DNA of 64,000 bases, the filler included, from Barthelona sp. PAP020 (taxonomy: Eukaryota), in assembly GCA_040182905.1 (NCBI GenBank). It is 15 parts of 15 records of this genome, joined end to end, with 100 filler letters (N's around TTAATTAATTAA, not from the genome) between each part and the next. Parts side by side here need not be neighbours in the genome. Positions count along the whole stretch, not along the records: positions 55,727 to 59,884 come from JARQWU010000695.1; positions 59,985 to 64,000 come from JARQWU010000699.1; 13 more parts are not named here. One strand, 5' to 3'. The stretch's first letter is position 1. The number at the start of each line of letters is the position of its first letter. Below, in pieces: positions 55,727-64,000 of the stretch. A model generated the notes under the pieces. It ran no database searches and was not told the DNA's origin. It was given only the letters and a program-made list of their open reading frames with translations. The position numbers and the translations under genes were made by a program.

Positions 55727-55899
55727 GTTTGGTGATGATAATGACAAATAACTTCAACATCAAGGAAGTTATGCTTTTCCCTACTATGTCTTCAATTGAA
55801 CCTAAGAATGATGGTAAAAAGAAAGAAAAGACAGAGAAGAAGAGAAAACAACAACCTCTTGAAAACCAAATGGAAACTGTCGAAGCTTTAAAGAATTGA
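55727..55899 (+). CDS. KARS: Lysyl-tRNA synthetase (class II), C-terminal fragment
   Basis: The frame from 55729 reads LVMIMTNNFNIKEVMLFPTM, the LysRS motif-3 region (RL.M.LT...NIKEV.LFP.M). Confidence 0.75.
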
Positions 55900-56963
55900 T
55901 CGGTAAATATGCAGTTTGTTTTTTGTTTTTTTCATTCAATTTTTTTTTTATATTGTTCCAATAATATCATATTTCAATTAACATGCCCTCAAGTCTGTTT
56001 AGACCTTCTAAAAAATAAACTGAATTAAAATGTCAAAAAGTTTTTACAGCCAATAAATATTGTGCTAGCAGAAGTGAAAAAGAAACATTAACTGGATGAA
56101 GGCTTTTGAGACACGATCATTTGGTTGAACCTTTAAATTCCTCGAAATGAAAAGCAAAAATTTAAAATTTTAACTTTTGAAAAATACAAATCGCCAGATG
56201 GAGAAGACTTTCCCAAATTTTCATGCTTGATTGTCAAAATTAAAGTTCATCTAGTCTTTTCTATTTGATGAAACATCCTAAAACAGTAATCTTTCGTTTT
56301 TGTCATGAATAAAAAAAATCGTTTCATTGGTATGCTAGATTTCACGTCGCTTTTACCTTTTGCCATTTTGAGATACCAAATGTTGGTGTCCAATCAACAA
56401 GAACAAAAATTTTCAATTAATGAAGTTACTTTTATTTATTTCAATTGAAGGTTTGTATACACTGAAAACCTCTTTGTGAAGGAAATTGAAGATGTAATTC
56501 TGCAAATTACCATCTTGTTTGTGGTTGTGTCTCCAATGTTACAAGATGGAAGAAAAATGAAGACTGATGGATTCATATGACACTTTGCAAGTTCAATTTA
56601 TGAATTTCGTAAGCATAAATATGTCAATACCATCAATGAATCAATAAATCTATAAAAATGGATTGGAACAATGTCTTTCATATAAGTATTCGAACAAACA
56701 ACATAACGATGAGCGATGATAATCGTGTAACATTTTCACAATGTTTAAATCAATATCGAAAGCACAATTGTGTGCATCAAATCGAAAAAGGAATCTCAAA
56801 AAAGAATTGAACAATATTGGGACTTATCCACACACGAGTCTAATTACCAATAAAATTTCATTTTTCAATGACCAAATTAAAATAGAATGATTTGAATGAT
56901 AAACATCAAAGTTATCAACAATCAATTTTTCACTTCTTTATTTCTTTCTTTTTTTTACAGACA

Positions 56964-58649
56964 ATGGTTGTTAACAGTGTAGTTGAGGAAACTGACCCTT
57001 ATGTTAAGTATAACATGGATCAAGTTGTTGTTCCAGATGGATTTGATGTGGATGGATTTGAAGATAATGGTCGGCCAAAGAAGATTTATAATGCATCATG
57101 TGATGGTGATCTTGAGGTTATCAAGCAGTGTATCAAAATTGGTGTTGATGTGAACAAACAGGGTAAGGAAGGAAGAACAGCGTTGTATGGAGCTGCTTTA
57201 AATGGCCGTACAGAGGTTGTTGAGCTTTTATTGGATTTTGGAGCTGATATTCGTTTGTGTATGAATAACGGTATTTCTCCATTATTTGTCAGTTGTCAAG
57301 AAGGTCATCTTGATGTTGCCAAAATACTCTTGAATCATGGATCTGATGTTAATTTGTGTAAAAATGATGGAACTTCTCCATTCTACATCAGTTGTTGCAA
57401 AGGTTTTCTTAGTGTTGCCAAAATGCTCTTGGATTATGGAGCTGATGATACATTATGCATGAAAGATGGTTCTTCTCCATTGTGTGCCAGTTGTTACGGT
57501 GGTTATTTTGATGTAGCCAAAATGCTCTTAGATTATGGTGCTAATGTTAATTCGTGTGATAAGAATTATTTGTCTCCATTGTACATCAGTTGTCAAAAAG
57601 GTCATTTTGATGTTGCCAAAATGCTCTTGGATTATGGTGCAGATGTTAATTTATGTGATAAGTATTGTGCTTCTCCATTGTTCGCCAGTTGTCAAGAAGG
57701 TCATCTTGATGTTGCTAAAATGCTCTTGGATTATGGAGCTGAAATTAATTTTTGTAGAAATGATGGTTCTTCTCCATTGTGTGCTAGTTGTTACGGTGGT
57801 TATCTTGATGTAGCCAAAATGCTCTTAGATTATGGTGCTGATGTCAATTCGTGTGATAAGTATGGGTGGACTCCATTGTACATAAGTTGTCAAAAAGGTC
57901 ATTTTGATGTTGCCAAAATGCTCCTGGATTATGGAGCTAATGTTAATTTATGTGACAAGTATTGTGCTTCTCCATTGTTCGCCAGTTGTCAAGAAGGTCA
58001 TCTTGATGTTGCTAAAATGCTCTTGGATCATGGATCTGATGTTAATTTGTGTAGGAATGATGGTGCGTCTCCATTGAACATCAGTTGTGGAAAAGGTCAT
58101 CTTAATGTTGCTAAAATGCTCTTAGATCGTGGCGCAGATGTTAATTTGTCTAAGAAAAAGGATACTTCTCCATTGTGTATCAGCTGTCAAAATGGTCATC
58201 TTGATGTTGCCAAAATGCTTCTGGATTGTCCCAAAATAGACATAGATGGTGTAGGAATGCTGTTATTTTTCAATATATTATACACAAATAATGAGGAATT
58301 GCAAAAAAACAATCCATACAGCATTTTGGAGTGTCCCAACTTGAAGCAACAATTGGAGAGTGGCGAGCCTGTTGATTTGAAATTTGAACATTTGTCCAAA
58401 TCTGAGTTAATTGAATTGGTGAAGAATGAGGGCTATCTTTTATCAACACTTGTTGCAATGAAGGTAAACAGTAGTATCATTCGAGAATTTGTGAGTGCTG
58501 GAGTCCACATGAATCAAAGAGATTTTGATATGTCAATAGACTTTTGTTGGGATTTGGTTGACATCAATGAAAGAAACGGTGGCAATATCCGTCAGTATAT
58601 TGATGAAGTGATGGAAGATGAGAGTGAAGAGAGTGATTCTGATGCTTAG
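56964..58649 (+). CDS. Ankyrin repeat protein
   Basis: About 11 repeats (SPL..SC..GHLDVAKMLLDYGADVN) of the same subtype as 35266..37926. ATG at 56964 follows a T-rich tract. Confidence 0.92.
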   Translation: MVVNSVVEETDPYVKYNMDQVVVPDGFDVDGFEDNGRPKKIYNASCDGDLEVIKQCIKIGVDVNKQGKEGRTALYGAALNGRTEVVELLLDFGADIRLCMNNGISPLFVSCQEGHLDVAKILLNHGSDVNLCKNDGTSPFYISCCKGFLSVAKMLLDYGADDTLCMKDGSSPLCASCYGGYFDVAKMLLDYGANVNSCDKNYLSPLYISCQKGHFDVAKMLLDYGADVNLCDKYCASPLFASCQEGHLDVAKMLLDYGAEINFCRNDGSSPLCASCYGGYLDVAKMLLDYGADVNSCDKYGWTPLYISCQKGHFDVAKMLLDYGANVNLCDKYCASPLFASCQEGHLDVAKMLLDHGSDVNLCRNDGASPLNISCGKGHLNVAKMLLDRGADVNLSKKKDTSPLCISCQNGHLDVAKMLLDCPKIDIDGVGMLLFFNILYTNNEELQKNNPYSILECPNLKQQLESGEPVDLKFEHLSKSELIELVKNEGYLLSTLVAMKVNSSIIREFVSAGVHMNQRDFDMSIDFCWDLVDINERNGGNIRQYIDEVMEDESEESDSDA

Positions 58650-59181
58650 AAAGGTGGGTTTGTGGTTTCATGTTTATCCAATTCATGCTTTGTAAATAGT
58701 TCTTCTTTCCTTATAAATCGCAGTTTGATTGTTTTTATATATTACTTTTGGGAAAAGTTAGTCACTAGCTGTGCAACTTAAAGAGGGTTTAAATGATTTT
58801 TTTGGGAAACCATTAAATTCAACAGTGTTCCTCTTTCTTTTGCTTATATGTCCTGATTTTTCATCTAAAAGACAGCAAAACACCATATTAGACAAGTTTT
58901 TTAAAAAAGGAAGAGATGAGTTTCTTCATAATTTTGTATTGCAGTTCTTGAAGAGATCTGCCTTACATTTTTAATCAACTATTTAATAACAATGGTGATG
59001 CATTATCAATCTCTTTCAGAAAGATCAATAGATTGTATTTTATCTCTTCAATTTTTCATTTCAAAAGAGAAAGTCAAGACTTTAAAATTTTGCTTTATTG
59101 AATACAAAAAAATAAGTGGAACAAAGAATTTCTCTCAAATTCTCATATTTGATCGTCATAACAAAACTTTGGTTTATCAAT

Positions 59182-59506
59182 TTATTTCCAAGCCAAGAAG
59201 CACTGTGCGTATGAGTGAATAAAAAAGAATGGTGTTTATTTGGTTAAACGCTTTCGAGGCCGATTAATCTGTTGACAAACTTTAGATTTTCGAAGGTAAT
59301 GTACAAACTTTAAAATTTTTCTTTTGCAAAAATTCAAAAAAAAATTGGAATGAAGAATTTCTCCATAGTTCTCGTACTTGATCGTTCCAATTGCATTTCA
59401 ATCTTTCAATTCCCCTCCAGGGATTTTGACTGAAGTTTGCTAGAATGAGTTTTCTGAGTTTACTTTCTTTGTAAATAAATATAGTTGTTTCACAACTGGA
59501 CCAATT
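59182..59506 (-). repeat. Dispersed repeat R1, full copy
   Basis: Reverse complement of 9005-9329. Confidence 0.9.
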
Positions 59507-59623
59507 TAATTTAATTTGTGAATAATCCAATTGTTTCTCTTCAAACTTAAAAAAATTTTAAGATATTCAGTGAGAAAATTTATGATTTATACATAGTTTG
59601 CAGTTTTCTATTCTCTCAACAGA

Positions 59624-59696
59624 TCCGGGTTGGCATAGTTGGTAGCGCATTCGCTTAGTAAGCGAAAGGTCGACGGTTCAAGTCCGTCACTCGGAA
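59624..59696 (+). tRNA. tRNA-Thr (AGT)
   Basis: TCCGGGT/ACTCGGA acceptor, anticodon arm TTCGC-TTAGTAA-GCGAA, T arm GACGGTTCAAGTCCGTC. Confidence 0.93.
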
Positions 59697-59748
59697 TTAT
59701 TTTTATGAAGATGAAATTAGGAATGAGGATCGAGTCTCCATTTTGGTG

Positions 59749-59884
59749 AATTCACGTTAGACGAAAGGGCAAAATTAAAGGCTTTAATTTTCACGTTAGG
59801 TACAAGAAAAGGTATACGAAAGCTTTTATATACGGTGTGTTATTGAAATGAGTAGTTGGGAAAGCCTTGAATTTGAATCCTGGC
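59749..59884 (+). mobile_element. tRNA-downstream units A (59749-59790) and B (59790-59884)
   Basis: A is 42 nt identical to the reverse complement of 62323-62364. B is 95 nt identical to 21474-21568. Confidence 0.65.
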
Positions 59885-59984
59885 NNNNNNNNNNNNNNNN
59901 NNNNNNNNNNNNNNNNNNNNNNNNNNNNTTAATTAATTAANNNNNNNNNNNNNNNNNNNNNNNNNNNNNNNNNNNNNNNNNNNN

Positions 59985-60087
59985 TCTGAACCAATCTACG
60001 CACAACAGACCAGTGACAAGTAACCCAAACTCTAACCTTGAACAGTAAAAGCTTTTATCAAATGTTTATTATTTTGTCGAGTGAATT
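59985..60087 (-). mobile_element. tRNA-downstream unit C (terminus, runs into contig end)
   Basis: 60033-60087 matches 62245-62299 at 54/55 nt. Starts AATTCACTCGAC on the minus strand. Confidence 0.65.
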
Positions 60088-60156
60088 TGTCTGATTAATT
60101 TCTCTCTTTCACATTTCAGAGACTCGATCCCCTGAAGTGTTCTTTTCTAGAAAAAA

Positions 60157-60243
60157 TCCGGACTACCAGAGTTGAACTGGTGACCCTCTGATGGCTGTAT
60201 AGCCTACTACAGTCAGATGCTCTGCCAACTGAGCTAAGTCCGG
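60157..60243 (-). tRNA. tRNA-Tyr (GTA) with a 14-nt intron (60193-60206)
   Basis: C1-G72 acceptor CCGGACT/AGTCCGG and anticodon arm TCTGA-CTGTAG[TAGGCTATACAGCC]A-TCAGA. The intron is at the canonical 37/38 position and contains TACAG, complementary to the anticodon loop. Confidence 0.95.
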
Positions 60244-60918
60244 TTGAAGTGAAGTACTTTTGAAAGGTGGAAAATTCAATCAATAAAAATAAAAATGGAC
60301 ATAACTTTATGAAAGATATAAAAAATATGTAGTTTAAAAATGAAATACGGAAGGTGTAAGACTGTCAAAAAATTTCGGAAAAGAAGATTTAGGAACATCA
60401 TTGCTGAAAAAATAAAAGCATCAATTTCATTTGAAGTTCTGTTTCTAATCAGCATATATTGCAATATGAAAGGAAAAGAAAATGAAAACGAAATATAATG
60501 AACAGTAAAAAAGAACCAACAAGTGGACTATTTACGAAACACATTGAACATGCTTTTCGGTTTAAATTTAGAATCACTGATTATTAATACAATCAAAACA
60601 ATAATTCCACTGAAACATATGTAAATATGCATAAACCATAAACTACAACATAAATAGTTGAACAAAATATTTATAATTTTTAATATCTTCACGGTGTATA
60701 AATCAATATTAAAAGCACAATTGTGAGAATATATTTGAAAAAGGAAAAAGAATTGATGAACACCCTAAAAAAATATCTCACAAGTGCCCAATCATTCATT
60801 TCATCTCATATAAACAATGGCTGCTCCAAAACATCGACTGATTGTTCCTGGAAAATTTTTTAAAAAGAATAAAAGATCAACTTCATTTTTAGCTTTTGTA
60901 AATTCTCTTTTTTAGACA

Positions 60919-61801
60919 ATGGTTGTTAACACTGATGTTCCTTTATTCAAAAAGACAATTGAACGAAAGGAAAGAGAAGTTGGCATTATTTTTGTTACAA
61001 ACTGGTGATCATGGAGCAGTAATCGAACATCCAATATAGAATAATACACAGAGATTATGAATTCCCTGAAACCCACCGAAATTCTTGGGTCTACCATTAA
61101 CATACTTGACTATCATTTTGCAACCGACGCATTTGGATTCTTATGGAGCTGAAAGATATGTAATTGTTGTCATAATCAAGTTATTTCATAGGAAGCTGGC
61201 AGAACATGATTTACTCAAAGAATGCGTTCCTATGGTACTGAATCATCCTTTTATTTGTCAAATTCATGGTGTGATCAAAGTTAATGGAAAAACTGGGATG
61301 GGATAATTATGGAATTTTGTGATTCAGTTCTTGAGCATGAAAACCCAACCTTTTGCTGTTGGAAAAGCTCAAAATACTCATGCACGTTGCTTCTACAATG
61401 GATTATTGTCACAAATGCGGTTTATTCCATGGCAATTTGAAGCCCAACAAAATTCTTTTAAAAAAGGTGAATGGGAAGTTCATACCTGCTTTGAGTAATT
61501 TTGGGACTGTGAAAGATGCCAACAGTTTTTCAATGATTTCCATGGTAGGCGCTATTGCATATGTTGCTCCTGAAATACTTGTTTGGGAAAATGAGGATGA
61601 AATTAATCGAAAGGCTATTGATGTATGGGTGTTTGCTGTGATGTTGATTTATGTAATGACATGTATTCGTCCTTTTGAGGGCTTTGATGACCGTAGAGTG
61701 CATAGAAATTTGCTTAATGGGAAATTGCTATATTCTAATGAGATGATTGATTCGGTTCCTGCTCATGGTATTGTAAAGTTGTGTTTGGATACAAATAAGA
61801 C
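60919..61801 (+). pseudogene. Frameshifted kinase pseudogene of the 819..2978 family
   Basis: Pieces in different frames (ECVPMVLNHPFI; IMEFCDSVLE; EKLKILMHVASTMDYCH..HGNLKPNK..NFG..APE). HRD and DFG are degraded, and the gene is cut at 61802 by a poly(T) element. Confidence 0.8.
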
Positions 61802-61870
61802 TTTTTTTTTTTTTCCAGACTCAAAGAATTCTGAATCGGTTGACCAAAACAGCAAAGATACCATGGAGTA
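61802..61870 (-). mobile_element. 5'-truncated poly(A)-tailed retroelement end
   Basis: T13 plus sequence identical to 30144-30184. The minus strand reads ...HGIFAVLVNRFRIL* GTCTGG A13. Confidence 0.6.
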
Positions 61871-61872
61871 AT

Positions 61873-61951
61873 GTGTTCGTAGCAAAGCGGACGGATTTCA
61901 CCCAAAAGACAAAATAAACATTGTTCTAGGTTCTATTCTTGCACTTCTGAT
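61873..61951 (+). repeat. Dispersed repeat R3
   Basis: Similar to 29797-29874. Confidence 0.75.
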
Positions 61952-62244
61952 TGTTAAATATGATCCAATACATATACAATGATTTATAATAAGAATAAGA
62001 ACGTTACATAAGCTGTAAGTAAAGTAAAAATTAGTTTCCAATCAGAATTATTTTAATTCGGAACACAATGAAAGAACGTGAATTTATCTGATTGATAAAT
62101 GAGGTCAAGTAAACAATATTCTAAACAGCTNNNNNNNNNNNNNNNNNNNNNNNNNNNNNNNNNNNNNNNNNNNNNNNNNNNNNNNNNNNNNNNNNNNNNN
62201 NNNNNNNNNNNNNNNNNNNNNNNNNNNNNNNNNNNNNNNNNNNN

Positions 62245-62364
62245 TAACCTTGAACAGTAAAAGCTTTTATTAAATGTTTATTATTTTGTCGAGTGAATTC
62301 CCCAACCCCAGTTAGTAAATATAAATTAAAGCCTTTAATTTTGCCCTTTCGTCTAACGTGAATT
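62245..62364 (-). mobile_element. tRNA-downstream units A (62323-62364) and C (62245-62299)
   Basis: Shared with the tRNA-Thr and tRNA-Tyr loci respectively. Unit C runs into a 114-N scaffold gap (62131-62244). Confidence 0.65.
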
Positions 62365-62413
62365 GTAATTTTGGAGACCCGATCCTTATTCTTTAAAAAA
62401 AAAAAACAACACT

Positions 62414-62486
62414 CGCCCGCGAAGGGGCTCGAACCCTCGACCGACGGATTAAGAGTCCGTAGCTCTACCAACTGAGCTACGCGGGC
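62414..62486 (-). tRNA. tRNA-Lys (CTT)
   Basis: GCCCGCG acceptor, anticodon arm ACGGA-CTCTTAA-TCCGT, T arm GAGGGTTCGAGCCCCTT. Confidence 0.97.
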
Positions 62487-62611
62487 GATATTTAATTTTT
62501 ACACATCGAAACCCAGTGATGATTCATTTTGTTACTTTATAAAGTTGGACAACTGTGAGGAACACCATAATTCAATGAAATAGAATAAATTTAATTAATA
62601 GTTTTATCATT

Positions 62612-63502
62612 TTAACACCCAAAAGCCCTACAAAGATAGCTATTAACAATAGTTAGATTGTTAAAAGAATATGGATTGAAAATAGAAGTATTGCTATAAC
62701 GTACACAACCTATTTTTGGTAATTTAACGTCCTTTTCATAAGAAATTGAATGCTGAGTACAATCAGGACAATAAAAAGACATAATTTCATCCGTTGAATT
62801 ATATTGTCCCTTGATATATTGATTAAAAGGAATGTTCTGAAAACCTAAATTATCTTGTGAAAATTCTAAATCAAAAACTGTGGCATTCATTGTGGAGTTA
62901 TAAAAGAATCCTGTCGAAAACGCTTTGATCGAACAACACGTAGTAGGATCGAATGTTTCCAAAAAAGATTTAATTACAACAAATACTGTAATAAAAGTAA
63001 GCAAAGGAAATAGTATAAAAGCAATGATGTTAGTTACATTCTTCCAGACGTTATTAAGATTTTTCAACGAAATGACCAAAAGTACAAATTGTAAAGCCAA
63101 AATAATATCTAAAATGGTAAGAAGCAAATAGATAACAAATAAAATAAACCTGACAAAATCGTAGGATTCATATATATTTAATAAAAAGATATAGACAAAA
63201 AAAGTGTTAAAAAGAATAGTAATTAACATGTTATATCGGGATATCTTTTTAAAAGAATAAAAAGTGTAAAGACATTTCAATACAAAACAAAAAAATATTA
63301 AATCATCTACGGTATTTTTCCATATCAAAGCACCAATTGAATATAAATCAATATATCCATAAATAATTAGAAATCTTAAAAAAAACACAACACATGAAAA
63401 TAAAATTTCAAATGATAATATTATTTTGTAAATCGTTCTTTTTCTCGTATCTTTTGAATTTTCAAAATGTTCTGGATTTGTTTCTGTGTCAGATACAAGC
63501 AT
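62612..63502 (-). CDS. Hypothetical multi-pass membrane protein
   Basis: About 5 hydrophobic segments followed by a Cys-containing luminal tail. Confidence 0.65.
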   Translation of the reverse strand: MLVSDTETNPEHFENSKDTRKRTIYKIILSFEILFSCVVFFLRFLIIYGYIDLYSIGALIWKNTVDDLIFFCFVLKCLYTFYSFKKISRYNMLITILFNTFFVYIFLLNIYESYDFVRFILFVIYLLLTILDIILALQFVLLVISLKNLNNVWKNVTNIIAFILFPLLTFITVFVVIKSFLETFDPTTCCSIKAFSTGFFYNSTMNATVFDLEFSQDNLGFQNIPFNQYIKGQYNSTDEIMSFYCPDCTQHSISYEKDVKLPKIGCVRYSNTSIFNPYSFNNLTIVNSYLCRAFGC

Positions 63503-63650
63503 TCATATCCTCATTATTGAAAAAAAAATATTCTTTTTATTTTTTTGTGGTTATTTTTCAAAAAAATGTGCTAAAAACTATGTTTATTTCATTTGGTTCC
63601 CCAAACTTTCATAGAAAAAGAATAAAATATGAATATTTATTTTTTCAATT

Positions 63651-64000
63651 ATGGACGATTTCTATTCAGCATGGGGCATACAAAAATCAGCTTCTAATGA
63701 TGTCGAACAACCGTATACAGAAATTCAAACTGAAAATTTGTCCATTCTCATCGATGAATTTGTTGAAAGGTTGGATTCTTATTCCTATTCATTATCTCAT
63801 TCATTGGATAAATTATGGGAATCAGATACACCATTAATTGAGACTTCAATTGATGGGTTAAATCAAATTTCTTTATTTGATACCTCTAAATCAACTGTTA
63901 CACATTTAGATAAGGTTTTTCTAACGTTTTCTGTTCTTACCACTGAGATTAATCGTCTTTATGATGTTTATAATAATAGGTTTATGAATTTTTTGAGTGT
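63651..64000 (+). CDS. WASHC4: WASH complex subunit 4 (SWIP/KIAA1033)-like, N-terminal part
   Basis: Open frame MDDFYSAWG...EIQ...LDKLWE...QISLFD.....LDKVFLTFSVLTTEINRL..RF.NFL aligns by eye with the WASHC4 N-terminus. Not in the supplied ORF track. Confidence 0.6.
   Translation, partial: MDDFYSAWGIQKSASNDVEQPYTEIQTENLSILIDEFVERLDSYSYSLSHSLDKLWESDTPLIETSIDGLNQISLFDTSKSTVTHLDKVFLTFSVLTTEINRLYDVYNNRFMNFLS

Noticed and set aside
819..58649. Alternative genetic code (TAA/TAG read as Gln, as in hexamitids and ciliates)
   Set aside because: Conserved proteins end at TAA or TGA at the expected positions (e.g. CYB5D1, CDK, GalE, RFC3), other ORFs end at TAG, and long ORFs have no internal stops.
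59756..59801. GTTAGAC, GTTAGGT and GTTGGAC after TTCAC fit the integron core GTTRRRY
   Set aside because: Unit C (TCGAC) and the 62075 site (GTTCTTT) do not fit, the matches are not independent, and no inverse core, attC structure or integrase is visible. Not enough to call an integron.
62121..62471. ORF-track 116-aa ORF
   Set aside because: It overlaps tRNA-Lys, the repeat units and an N gap, so it is spurious.

Overview
AT-rich nuclear DNA of a flagellated unicellular eukaryote that uses the standard genetic code. The window is not contiguous genome: 15 contigs of about 4.1-4.3 kb are joined by artificial N44-TTAATTAATTAA-N44 linkers, so adjacency across linkers means nothing. Housekeeping and flagellar genes include eIF3a, RFC3, kinesin-II, a USP, cystinosin and PQ-loop transporters, dynamin, CAPZB, a LARP1-like DM15 protein, a CDK, GalE, PGM2, LysRS, CYB5D1, POC1-like, FAM183, RSPH14, WDR78 and WASHC4. 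Four 39-42 nt introns have CTAAC branch points close to the 3' AG, which is metamonad-like. An expanded modular family mixes kinase, coiled-coil, WD40 and ankyrin parts. There are five tRNA genes (Glu-TTC, Arg-TCG, Thr-AGT, intron-containing Tyr-GTA, Lys-CTT). The most striking pattern is that all five tRNAs carry a B-box-like GGATCGRGTCY motif 26-30 nt downstream (cut off after GGATC at tRNA-Glu). In the four loci that extend far enough, this motif is followed by interchangeable DNA units that begin at an (AA)TTCAC core, carry a palindrome centred about 25-29 nt from the core, and run into assembly breaks. This is a candidate tRNA-targeted, site-specific, stacking mobile-element system. Other repeats lie upstream of some tRNAs, and two non-LTR retroelement 3' ends are visible. 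All protein calls come from motif recognition by eye, not database searches.
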